64,000 bases of DNA from positions 367,660,001-367,724,000 of the forward strand of contig OZ024740.1 in NCBI GenBank assembly GCA_964016885.1, in the 5' to 3' direction. Below the pieces are notes generated by a model that had not been told where the DNA came from, did no database searches, and saw only the letters and a program-made list of their open reading frames with translations. The position numbers and the translations under genes were made by a program. The DNA is from Eledone cirrhosa (Eukaryota). Positions 14,075-25,914 of the stretch are shown here, piece after piece. Every line of letters begins with the position of its first letter. Position 1 is the stretch's first letter.

Positions 14075-14420
14075 ATTTTTCACTTAGCATTGGATTGGTA
14101 GTGGATAATTTGGTGCTGGTGAGTAGTTTTTTTAAGCGATTTTGGTTGCATTTTGCTTCTGATTACTTTATGCGTTTCGAGAGTTATTTTAAATCTTGGG
14201 TCTTGTCTCAATAATGGGACGTTCTTGTCGATAATGTTGTATGCCTCTGTATTTCTTGGATTGTATGTTGAGATATAGGATAGAGTATTTGATGTGTCTG
14301 AAGTTGCTTTTTTTATGTAATTCTTGGATATTTCTAGCTTTAGAACTCTCTCTTCCATTGCCTATTAACAATGATGGATAATATCTTTCGAGTAGAATTT
14401 CTTTTAGTTCCGAGTTTTAT
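14075..14420 (-). pseudogene. Neptune-like PLE fragment (RT thumb/linker region)
   Basis: YISTYNPRNTEAYNII..LLRQDPR..LETHKVIRSKMQPKSLK matches the 38150-38470 region. Confidence 0.75.
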
Positions 14421-15085
14421 AATTTGAGTCAATTGTACTTATTCTTCCGTCCATATTAATTAAAACATGACCTTCCTTTTTTGGTCTGAAAGTACCACAT
14501 AATTCGGTGACTACTCACGTGATCATCTTTAACCTATCAAACTATACATTAAACAGATAGTAATTTGATCCATGTTTTTCCAAAAAATTAAAGGAACCAT
14601 CCAACTATCGAATTTTGGCGCAAAATTATGACAGAATAAGATGTCTGTCACATGGTCTTCCTCAACCTATCAAATTTTACTTCTAACAGATTAAGCGACA
14701 TTTTTTGCATAAAACAGAGGTATCATTCCCTCACCAGTTAGATGCAACTTACACAACGGTATGGCTAGATGACATTCTATCCCTCTTAACTTTTGAAAAT
14801 CATAAAAGTTGTGAAACAAAAACAGTTATTGTAAATACACTTTTTTAAAGACTCTAATTGCATTTTTAATTTTCAACGGCCTTTCCTATACATTCACTCG
14901 TTTGTAACATATGAGAAAAAGATTTCTTTCGAATATATGTATATATATATATATATGTGTGTGTACATGGTATTATAGAAATGACTCCTACAGGACTTTA
15001 CTTAATCATTGCGCAAGGCTATATACTTCAAGATACTAATTACACACACATGCACACACATATACACACATATATATACATACAA

Positions 15086-15130
<45 letters not shown>

Positions 15131-15790
15131 GCGTGCGTGAGTGGGTTTATATCGGCTAATATCTATTTGTATGCATCTTTAACGTTTGTATATGTTTATT
15201 TCAGTTCAATTTTATTTTATATTTTGCAACTCTCCCTTTACTGTATTTACCTAGTTGAAAGCTTATGGCTAGAATTCAGTTTAACATTTTCTCACCACAC
15301 CATTTCCCTACAACACCCAGTTTGACCGAACTACTTTATGGGATGTCACATGTTTTTAAAACTCTGAAACTACTAGACTTGGATATGTGTTGATAGATAA
15401 TGATTTCCGTATAATGTGAAAGATAAGCCACTGAACATTTTCTGCAGCGCCCAGTTGTGTAATGTCTGTAGATATCAAATAATTTCTGTGAATAACAGTT
15501 GCAATTGCATTTGCTATGAACAGACTGAAGTAAAGAAACTATAGATCGCATTTTATTTGAAATACAATTATATTTACCCACACATTGACGTTTTCTTACG
15601 CAAAAATAACCTATGGGGTGCACACTGACATATGAGGTTTAAATTGTCATCCAGAGGGTGAGGAACACTCTAGGATGCGCGTATTACCTTCGGCTAGCTT
15701 CATGAACAGATAATATATATATGCATACACACATACAGAAACACACAAACCCAAACACGCATACACACACAACACACGCACACACACACA

Positions 15791-15985
<195 letters not shown>

Positions 15986-16083
15986 AGGTAAATATCTCAC
16001 TGAGTACTAAGTATCCATAGAGATATATAGGGTGTCTATAATATAATTATTGTTCTATCGTACTAATTCGAGATACCAGAACT

Positions 16084-16437
16084 ATAAAAATTGATGAGCA
16101 GCACAAACAAACATTAAATAATCCTTTAAATAAATTAGAAAATGATTTAAATATCTACCTGTTCATAATGCTATACCGGCGGTTTCCATTTACAAAAGAT
16201 TAGAATTTCAGATAATTTCCAACGGAAAGTAAACTTCAGCAGATAGCTATTTCCATTCTATAGGACTTAAGTCCCACGGTTTGCAAATATAATGCCAACT
16301 ACCAGCTCGTATGAGTTATGGCCGTTAAAGTTAACAGGTAGATATTTAAATCTAAAGATATTATGAACAGGTAGATATTTAAATCATTTTATAATTTATT
16401 TAAAGGATTATTTAATGTTTGTTTGTTCTGCTCATCA

Positions 16438-16443
<6 letters not shown>
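16084..16443. repeat. Fold-back element (~85-bp arms) with a degenerate hammerhead at 16170-16247 on the minus strand
   Basis: 16087-16169 inverted versus 16360-16441; gcta t CTGCTGA..tttac/gtaaa..GAAAC CGCCG GTA tagc. Confidence 0.6.
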
Positions 16444-16532
<89 letters not shown>

Positions 16533-16553
16533 CATATATATATATATATAAAT

Positions 16554-17743
16554 ATATGAGAGACGTAAAATAAGAAAATTATAAAATTAACTTACTTACT
16601 AAAATATCACTTCCAACTAATTAGTTTCTAAAATGGAATAAATATACTTTCCGAAGAAAGCATAGAGAATCATTTCGTCGTCAGGGAAGACCATTCTCAG
16701 CTAAGTATCCAAGCAAAGCGTGGAATCTGGAAATTTATTCAAAAATAATTCAGTGGATAGAAAATAGCAACGCGTGGACTGAATTCCTAGCCATTGAGAA
16801 AATCACTGCCTCTGCGTCGGTGGCAAATTAAAAAAGAATCAATCACGTGACATCGAGGTCAATCAGTGGAAAGTGGTTTGCTAATAAGACAGCGGCCTGC
16901 CTGCTACCATAGCAGCAGTCTTGGCCAATATTGCTCGACAAATAATTTGGAGATAATTATAAAGAATTAATATCTAGTAACATATATATACATACAGATG
17001 CATATCAATGCTAGCAAATATATAGGTTTTGTCTTAGTAACTTTGTGGTTCAATGCATGGGGTTGCAGAACAGAAATATGAGAGACGTAAAATAAGAAAA
17101 TTATAAAATTAACTTACTTTCTAAAATATCACTTCCAACTAATTAGTTTCTAAAATAGAATAAATATACTTTCCGAAGAAAGCATAGAGAATCATTTCGT
17201 CGTCAGGGAAAACCATTCTCAGCTAAGTATCCAGGCAAAGCGTGGACTCTGGAAACTTATTCAAAAATAATTCAGTGGATAGAAAATAGCAAAGCCTGGA
17301 CTGAATTCCTAGCCATTGAGAAAATCACTGCCTCTGCGTCGGTGGCAAATTCAAAAAGAATCAATCACGTGACATCGAAGTCAATCAGTGGAAAGTGGTT
17401 TGCTAATAAGACAGCGGCCTGCCTGCTACCATAGCAGCAGTCTTGGCCAATATTGCTCGACAAATAATTTGGAGATAATTATAAAGAATTAATATCTAGT
17501 AACATATATATACATACAGATGCATATCAATGCTAGCAAATATATAGGTTTTGTCTTAGTAACTTTGTGGTTCAATGCATGGGGTTGCAGATCAGAAATA
17601 TGAGAGACGTAAAATAAGAAAATTATAAAATTAACTTACTTACTAAAATATCACTTTCAACTAATTAGTTTCTGAAATGTAATAAATATACTTTCCGAAG
17701 AAAGCATAGAGAATCATTTCGTCGTCAGGGAAGACCATTCTCA
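16554..17743 (-). mobile_element. Retrozyme-like tandem array, 522-bp unit x ~2.3, one hammerhead per unit
   Basis: Period 522 (16610/17132/17654), near-identical copies, no ORF, abuts (TA)n. Confidence 0.85.
16610..16689 (-). ncRNA. Type I hammerhead (further copies at 17132-17211 and 17654-17733)
   Basis: cttcc CTGACGA cgaaatg..[ctttc ttcg gaaag]..catttta GAAAC TAATTA GTT ggaag; palindromic stem III. Confidence 0.8.
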
Positions 17744-17757
17744 ATATATTTATATAT

Positions 17758-18646
17758 AAGCCAGGAATATCCGTCATCAGTGGTCTACTAGCCATCATAG
17801 GTATTTCTTCGCATTACAGACTATATACCTCCAGCTAGGGCGATACAATAACTAAATTAAGTTATTGCGATAAAAAGAATTGGGTGGAATAAGAGAGACA
17901 GGTAAACAAACACGAATTGTGAGACAACGTAAAGAGAGGAAAAAATGAAAAAATCAAGGCAATAATTCATTTTGAACATAAGAACGTGCGAATATTGACG
18001 AGAAGGCAAAGACACATCTTGGCCGTGCGGATGTGAGCGAGGAAAGAATCTCGTACGGTGTTGGACGATGGAGGAAGTGAGAGAGAGGGTGAGTAGCAGA
18101 GAGTGAGTGAGTGAAAGTGTAAGAACGAGGCTAGCCGAGAGAGGGTGACGAGCAGAGGCGGTGAGTGAAAGTAAGAGGGAGAAGGCGATAGAATGGGGAG
18201 AGAGAAAGAGCATAGCATTAAGGGGATAGAAAAAGACAGATCACAGGGAAGGAGAAAGCATATATGAATGAAAAATGGCGAGCTGTGATGTTGCATATAT
18301 GATATATATAATAAATGAAGATATAGAAATAGAACCCAGGAATATCCGTCATCTGTGGTCTACTAGCCATCTTAGGCATTATTTGACTTGATTTTCTCAT
18401 TTTTTCCTCTCTTTACGTTGCCTCACCATTCGTGTTTGTTTACCTGTCTCTCTTTCTCCACCCAACTCTTTTTATCCCAATAACTTAATTTAGTTATTGT
18501 ATCGCCCTAGTTTGAGGTATATTGTCTTAATGCGAAGAAACACCTATGATGGCTAGTAGACTACTGATGACGGATATTCCTGGCTTCTCTTTCTAATTCT
18601 TCATTTATTATACATATCATATATGCAACAACACAGCTCGCCATTT

Positions 18647-18650
<4 letters not shown>
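17758..18650. mobile_element. Non-coding element: 575-bp terminally redundant unit (minus strand, 17758-18376) plus an inverted junction-spanning copy (18387-18650); carries the permuted hammerhead-like motif
   Basis: ccaggaatatccgtcatc.gtggtctactagccatc.tagg at 17761 and 18336; 18387-18596 is the inverse of 17758-17958 and continues as the inverse of 18271-18335. Confidence 0.75.
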
Positions 18651-18700
<50 letters not shown>

Positions 18701-19117
18701 GTCTGTCTGTGTATGAATCTTTGTGTGTGACTGTGTTTGTGCCTGTATGTGTGTATTGTATGTTTGAGAGTAGCATTAAAAATGTATCTTAATGTAAATC
18801 AAACGAAAGAATGAAAATGGTAATGGAATTTTAAAATTACTTAGATGCAATAAACAAAGCTACTGCGTTTGCAAACATTAGTTGGATAGCGTACTTATCA
18901 TTAGTGACATAATTTGCAGGCCTGTTTATTACACAGAACTATGTATACTATACGCATGCACTATCCCGATACTTTTCAGTACATGTGTGCGTATGCATGT
19001 ATGTGAGTGTGTGCACGTATGTGAGTGTATGCATGTATGAAATTATATATATATATATATATATATAGTATAAAAGAGAAAACACAGGTAAGCATTAAGA
19101 GAAGGATTTAATCCAGG

Positions 19118-19219
19118 TATTTACGACCGTTTCATTGGTAAGTGCAACCTTATATTGCTATACTGCAAATAGCAGCCACTCAATTATAATTGTTGTTCAC
19201 ATTCCATATTTTCAAAATA
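19118..19219 (-). ncRNA. Hammerhead with UUGAAAA core in the 3' UTR of the Naiad-like PLE
   Basis: tatt TTGAAAA tatgg...ccaat GAAAC GGTC GTA aata; base of stem II mismatched. Confidence 0.55.
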
Positions 19220-19787
19220 GTGAGTAAGTTACTCTTGAAATAATTCTTAATATATAGAGAAAAACATTTTTTTGGAATTGTATTTACTAGTATAGAGAGA
19301 GAGGAATCAGAAGGTGATGGGACAGACGGAATAGTATAGAGAGAGAGGAAGGGGGAAAAGTTAGGAAGTAGAGTGACAAACTGAGATGGAGGGAGGTGTA
19401 GAGGTGGAAGGATTCCTTGATCAGTTTTGGTAAGTAGACTTGTCGTGGAATGTAGTGAGTTAAAGAGAATTAAATTGATCATAGTGGCAGGGAGGGATAG
19501 AGAGAGAGCGAGAGGGGGAGGGGAGATATAAAGAGATAAATATATATATAAAAAATAAAGATAAAGATAATAATGACAAAAATAAAAGCAAAGGAGGGGA
19601 GAGAAATAAGAAAAGAAAAGAAAAGATAGCCAAAAAGGGGAGGGAAGGAAGAAAACGAAGAAATAGAAGAGGAATGAAGGAGAAGGGGAGATATAGGTAT
19701 TGGTTTTGTGGGTAATTAAAAGGGTTTAGATACAACAAGAGGGTATAAAGTCTAAGTATATGCAGTTTGTCAGTTGGTAGTAAGAGG

Positions 19788-21845
19788 TTAAGGGTTCGAT
19801 TTGCTCTTGTAGTGCGAAAACTTCTCTTTGAGTCTATGGTTACAATAAATTGATCTTTCGATTTTATTGTTGAGTAACTTATTCTTCGAACTCAAGATGT
19901 GGAACAGCTCAAGGTCACATAATCGACAGCTTCTCATACCACTCCGATATGGGGGCGCATTCGATAATTTTTTCCACTTCAGAGTGTATTGATGGTTACT
20001 TTCCCTGAGTTGCCAGGTCTTGTTTGCAAGGGTAGTTACATAATGATGCTGGGAATGTTTCATTGCGTAACGGTGTGTATACCAACGGGCTTCAAATGTA
20101 TTCCCAGTCACTCCGATGTAATACCATTTATGGTTGTCTGATTCTACTGTGTATTGGTAAACCAGGTTAGACTGCATACATTCATTATGTAATGGACAGG
20201 TTTCAGGTAGGTTTCAGTTACAATTCTGACATAGCAGACGCCGAGATAAAAATCATATTAGCTGCTAGGAAAACAATAATTAAATTGAAAACGCCTATTG
20301 GGAACGTAAGGATAGATTAAATAACTTTGACATCACGATGGGGGCTAACGACTCGGCTCAAGTCACAGATTTAGTAGGTATTTACATAGCCCATACTTTA
20401 CAAAGTGAGTTTAGCGACCTTCACGGTGGAATCTACAGAGACGACACCCTTCTCCTAGTTTAGAACCTAAATAACCAGAGAATAGAAAGACTTCGTAAGA
20501 ATATTCGACAGACTCTCGGGAAACTTTTGGGTATAGTGTCAGTGGCATTTAGGTGTGTACGTTTCATTTGGTGCTTGTTGGTAATATTAGGTTGTATGTT
20601 TATAGTGTTATTGGTAGAAGGTATATATTCTAATCTATTTTTGTGGCCACTTCTAGATAGAGCTTCGTTATAAAAGGTCTCGTTTTTATCAAATACATCT
20701 TGGTTAGACGAAAGGTTAGAAATTCTAAGTGATATATTATATGCAAGGTTTTAAGGATAGATTTAGGGTGATTAGATTGTGAGTGTATGTAGTGTAAATT
20801 TTGGTTGGGTTTATGGTAAGGTTGGTAGATACCCGTAGCTAAGTCTAATGTTATATCTAGGAAATTAACTACTTTACTTGTGTTTTCAAATGTAATATCT
20901 AGACTATAATAGTCTTTAAGGAAAGTTCTAATAAGCTTCTTGTTTTTTTCTATTCCTGAGAGGCTAAGGTTATTGGAAAGAAGAAGACAGTCGTCACGAT
21001 ATAAACCACCTTTAAGGTGGGGAAAGGAAGCATTTATGTTAAAAAGAAGAAAGAGGCCCACAAGATCAGTAATTTGGGCAGAATCGCTTGAGCCCATAGT
21101 AATATCAAATAGATTACTATATGTGTTTCTGGTCCAGTATTCATTCTGAAATTCAATTAGTGTTAGTCTAGCATGTGTAATAATATTAATGTCATCCAAA
21201 GTTAAGTTAGATCTATTTTTAGCAAATATCAAAGCTTTGTTCAGGAGTATAGGTGATATAGAAGAATAGTAATTATCTATATCAAATTGTAGAAATGAAG
21301 CAGAGGATTTATATCTAATATTATTAAACCAGTTAATTACCTGGGAAGTGTTTTCCCAGAGTGGTAAATTAACATGTTTTCTTATTTGTGGGATGACTCT
21401 ATCTAAAATTTTTTTGCTAATTATTCCAATATCGGATTTGGAGGGACATATAAGTCTTATAGAAGGATTAGAGTTAAAGTTTGATTTATGATCTTTCAGG
21501 TTGAAGTGTGGTCTTTTCAATGCCAAAGGTTCAGTTCTATCTTCAATATTAAGTTTATTCACTATGTTGTGTGTTTTGTTGTTGATGTTGGTGAGTGACG
21601 CATTATTTGTTTTTCTATAATTTTTCCTGAGTTCTTTATATATGAACTCATTGTAATTTCAGGTTTCCAGTTTTGTCCGAGTGGACATGGATTTTTTTAG
21701 ATTTTTTTAGGTCCAATAGGGTAGAATCAAGGTCCTTTTGAAAGTTAGATTTATACCTCTTAAATTTGAGGTGTTTAATTAAATTAAAAAGGTCTTTCTC
21801 AAAGTTTTCATGTAGAGAGTTGTGTGGTGGATTCTTATATGTAGT
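19788..21845 (-). pseudogene. Penelope-like element, Naiad-type RT + GIY-YIG endonuclease, disrupted
   Basis: FEKDLFNLIK..SNFQ..SDKTGN, LKDHK.NF...RLICPSKS, FDIDNYY, GLYRDD, C-terminal VYQ..YIGVT..RW..H..CRLC..E..LLN; several frameshifts; non-coding tail to (TA)n at ~19067. Confidence 0.85.
20222..20530 (+). pseudogene. Inserted RT fragment from a paralogous Naiad-type element, opposite strand
   Basis: Translates FDITMGANDSAQVTDLVGIY...HGGIYRDD, versus host FDITMGSSDSAQITDLVGLF...GGLYRDD. Confidence 0.75.
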
Positions 21846-22084
21846 GAAATCATACATATATTTCCTATCTGTATATTTCCTATACGTATATTTCCTATAC
21901 GTATACATATGAGCATACACATTTATGCACATCTGTGAGCGTATTTACATACATATATACACACCTAACTGTATTTTCTTGATAGATTTTTATGTATCTC
22001 AATCTCTATTTCATTGGTCTATTCAAAATCTGTTCCCAAACAGACCTATTGTATTGAATTGTTGTTATTATCAATAAACAAGCA

Positions 22085-22225
22085 TCATTATTTCTGAAGA
22101 CAGCATATATATGTGAAGGTATGTATATTCCCTCTGATAGTTTGTATAATTTTGTACATAGATCTTTTCAATATGCATACCAATTCTAACACATATATGT
22201 CCTAGAAACGATCGTAAAATAATGA
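22085..22225 (+). ncRNA. Type I hammerhead with 9-bp stem I and ~100-nt stem II insertion
   Basis: tcattattt CTGAAGA ... GAAAC GATC GTA aaataatga. Confidence 0.8.
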
Positions 22226-22400
22226 ACTTTTTTTGTTTAATATAAGGAACTGTTTCTTTGTTTATTCATTATTTTTTTTAATAATTTATATATTAATATA
22301 TATATATATATATAATTGGTGCGGGATGCTTAAAGCGTCTGTATGCGGTAGGCCGTTTGAGCACTCGATGCTCTTACAGAGTAGAGTATAATATCATATA

Positions 22401-22710
22401 AAAACGGAGAATCGGTAGTGCGACGAATAACATTTATTAGACATATTACAATCGTTGCTCTGGCGACCAGCTCGAGATACGATCGATGCAATGATCGAAC
22501 CTGACTCTGAAATCGTAAGATCCTCATATACGTCTCGATTATCGATTTTGGAAACTCTGCTTCCAATCATCGAGACGTATCTGAGGATCTTGCGAAATTT
22601 TATAGTCAAGTTCGATTATTGCATCGAATGTGCCTCGAGCTGGTCGCCAGAGAAATGATTGTAATATATCTAATAAATGTTATTCGTCGCACCACTGATT
22701 CTCCGTTTCT
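22401..22710. repeat. Fold-back (~140-bp arms) with a hammerhead at 22577-22667 (+) and a decayed mirror copy; same family as 42330-42590
   Basis: gtat CTGAGGA tcttgcga...tcgccaga GAAAT GATT GTA atat. Confidence 0.7.
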
Positions 22711-22715
22711 TATGT

Positions 22716-22750
<35 letters not shown>

Positions 22751-23134
22751 TAAGAGAATGCGAAGTAGTAGATGTTAAAGTTCTTTATTGATAATGCTGT
22801 GATACATATTTCAATCACGAGAGTGGTCACAGGTTTTCACGGAACCAGTGTCGTGATCTCATCGCACAGCTTCATTACATAATAAGGTTACGTTCTTGAG
22901 GCAATCCAAACAGCAAGTTGATGTTTTTGAGGAACTGACAAAGATGATGTTTTTGAAGACTTATGGATTCGAAACGTATATGTAATTATGCATATAAATA
23001 TATATATATGTATATATATAACTTTGATAGATTTCATAAGATTCGGCCAGTATTGGCCATATCTTAAATAACACCACCACCTGCCGAAGACTTTCCTTTC
23101 AAATAAAGATTTGGACATTATGGCCCACACAAGT

Positions 23135-23300
23135 AGAGTTGATATTTTCGGAGACATAACCGGGTGCAAGAGGCTTATCCGTAATGTGTTCGAAGAATAT
23201 GCCCAAAGACCTTTTGAATATTATGGGGTTTGCTTCTCTGTGTTTTGCTGTAATGTTAAAAATAGTGGGACCCGGTGAGGTGAAGTAATTGTTGAGTAAT
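23135..23300 (-). pseudogene. Old LINE ORF2 C-terminal remnant (CR1/L2/Jockey group)
   Basis: GPTIFN...FKRSLGIFFEHITDKPLAPGYVSENINS resembles post-RT tails of such LINEs; recognised by eye only. Confidence 0.35.
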
Positions 23301-23777
23301 GTTGTTATGAGATACGCTTGTGATGTTTGTTGTGGGCACGGTGCCCAAGCGTTGGGTGTGTTTTAAAGATGATGCCAACATTATTTGGGCAATGCTGATG
23401 GAATATATGCAGGTAATATAGCACTCATTGCGGTGTTGGAGAAAGTACAGTTTGCCATTTTCTAATCAACGATTCTTTACACTGGAATGTTCTATCTTTC
23501 TCTTCAAATTACACTATAAACCAGAAGTGTAAGATAACTTTATATGCATTTTTCTTTCCACTTAAATGTCTTTATAAAAGTCTATGTAATTCCCAGTTAT
23601 CTTATAAAACAACATAATATAAAATATATATAACGTGTCATTACTAATCGGTCAACACACCATCGCCGCCTTTGTGGGGAGCTCAATTATGTCCTGTAGC
23701 AGAATGAATGCCGTTAGGTATTACAGAAAACACTGAAAGAAATATAGCTATTAACCCAAGTTTATCTTATTTCTTAT

Positions 23778-23966
23778 AACTGTTTCTACTTTTGGCACAA
23801 AACCAGCAATTACCCCAGTGCATTATGGTACTTTATGTTATCGACCGCGTAAGGATGAAGGGCAAAGTTAAAGTCGACGGGATTTGAAATCAGAACGTAA
23901 AGAACAGTAACTCTATGCCGCAAAGTATTTGTCCGACGCTCTACCGATACTGCCAATCCTCCGCCC
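23778..23966 (-). mobile_element. Meta-domain SINE, full length
   Basis: Same family as 1464-1646. Confidence 0.85.
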
Positions 23967-24572
23967 TCTTGTTTCTAATAATGTCTTCTAGCCATTGTCA
24001 GAAAATGGTAAGCCGTGAGGTGTTTGTGAGTGAGTTTGAGTTATATAAGAATTAATTCGTCAAATTACTTGTTTTTAACGTATTTTATGGATAGACGGTT
24101 GATAATAATTGTATATGACATTCATAGATTTTAATCAATGACAAGAAATTCTGTAGCTATATAGAGCAACTCTTACACCCACCCACGGCTTCTATCGATA
24201 CTACTATACCTGTCCGTTTAGAATTACAAATATCTCGAACCCAAGTGATGATTGGACGTTTTTAGTGTCGAATTAAGTAATCCATGAGCATGACTAGTAC
24301 GTAATTTATTGGAATTAAAGTTCTAAAAATGCTATCCGTTGATAAAAGTAATGAAATTACTTAATGTCAGAGAAAAGTATAAACATTAAGCTCCTAATTA
24401 GGCTTCATATCACTCCTCACGTTATTGAGACATAACATATAAACCATAACAGAATCGCACACACACACACACACTTGTGTATGAACATTTCTGCCTGTCT
24501 ATCAGTCTGTCTGTCTCTCTCTCTCTCTCCCTCCCTCCCTCTCTCTGCATATATAATAATAATAATAATAAT

Positions 24573-24869
24573 AATTGTTTCTACGTTAGGCACAAGGCCA
24601 GCAATTACCCAGTGTATTACTGGTACTTTATTTTATCGACCCCGTAAGGATGAAAGACAAAGTTAACCTCGGCGGGATTTGAACTCAGAATGGCAAGGGC
24701 CGTAACTCTATGCGTCAAAGCATGGCATCCGACCCTCTACCAATACTGCCAATCCACAATAATAATAATAATAATTGTTTCTACTTTAGGCACAAGGCCA
24801 GCAATTACCCAGTGCATTACTGGTACTTTATTTTATCGACCCCGTAAGGATGAAAGGCAAAGTCAACCT
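24573..24869 (-). mobile_element. Two tandem Meta-domain SINEs (full length + 5'-truncated) in (TAA)n
   Basis: 24573-24756 and 24773-24869, separated and flanked by (TAA)n. Confidence 0.85.
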
Positions 24870-24870
24870 G

Positions 24871-24975
<105 letters not shown>

Positions 24976-25040
24976 GGGAGAAGGGAAGAAGACGCACGAG
25001 GTGGTAGAACGTCACGAAATTGCTCCCGTAAGTTTTTTGA

Positions 25041-25320
25041 TTTTTAACATATTTAAATCAATTGTGAAAGAACAATTCTTAGCACAAATGTTGCATAAAG
25101 GCACCGAATGAGGTCCCATAAAGTTTCGGATCCATATTATATTGTTGTATCGCTCAAATATTCAATTTTGTATTATATATTTTGTATTCAAAAAAAGAAA
25201 ATGGTTATAAATGGAACAAAACACCCTCTGTCTACACACAGCGGCAATTTCAATTTCACCAACACCAGAAACTTGATACACTACCTATCCCATCACACTA
25301 AATATAACGGCAACTTCACC
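25041..25320. repeat. Unclassified non-coding repeat, homologous to 51899-52220
   Basis: tttttaacatatttaaatca.ttgtgaaa...ctcaaatattcaa...aaagaaaatgg.tataaatggaa...caccaacaccagaaac shared. Confidence 0.7.
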
Positions 25321-25914
25321 GGCATCATAATAATAATTACTATTATTATTGTCTCAAATTTTAAAAAATGTTTAATTCAAATTTTACGGGAATATGTAAA
25401 CACAAAATATAAGGAAAATATATATTAAACATACGAACACAAACTCATAGATACTATATCAGTAACCACAACACCACCGCTGCCACCACCCCACCACATC
25501 CATCATCGCCGCCACCACTCATTCAATGCTACTGACACTATTTCCCTGTTCACTTGAGAGAGAAAAGGGAAGGTGGTGGTAGCACTAGACAAGAGAGAGG
25601 CTAGCAAAAGATATAAATAGATTGACTTGGTGACCTTGCCACGGACAAACGTCTACATCAACAATTATGGGACTGCTGGCTCACCCCTTCCTCACCAACA
25701 ATATAAAAAGCCCCGGACCACCACCGACATAGCCAGCAGCAATAACAGCCAACTACAACAAAAAGTATATTATATTATTGTAATGCACTGGGTGATTGCT
25801 GGCCCTGTGCCTGGAGTGGAGACAATTATTAATAATTTCATTCTTAAGCCACGCAATGCTCACATTAAGGAACCACTCATGATAATAACAATTTAAAAAA
25901 AACAACAAAAAGAC

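Noticed and set aside
16554-17743. CRISPR array or plain satellite interpretation
   Set aside because: Eukaryotic context, no unique spacers; whole units repeat and carry ribozymes
19060-21845. Selenoprotein/SECIS feature reported for some Naiad elements
   Set aside because: ORF breaks are frameshifts and an insertion; no conserved in-frame TGA or convincing SECIS seen
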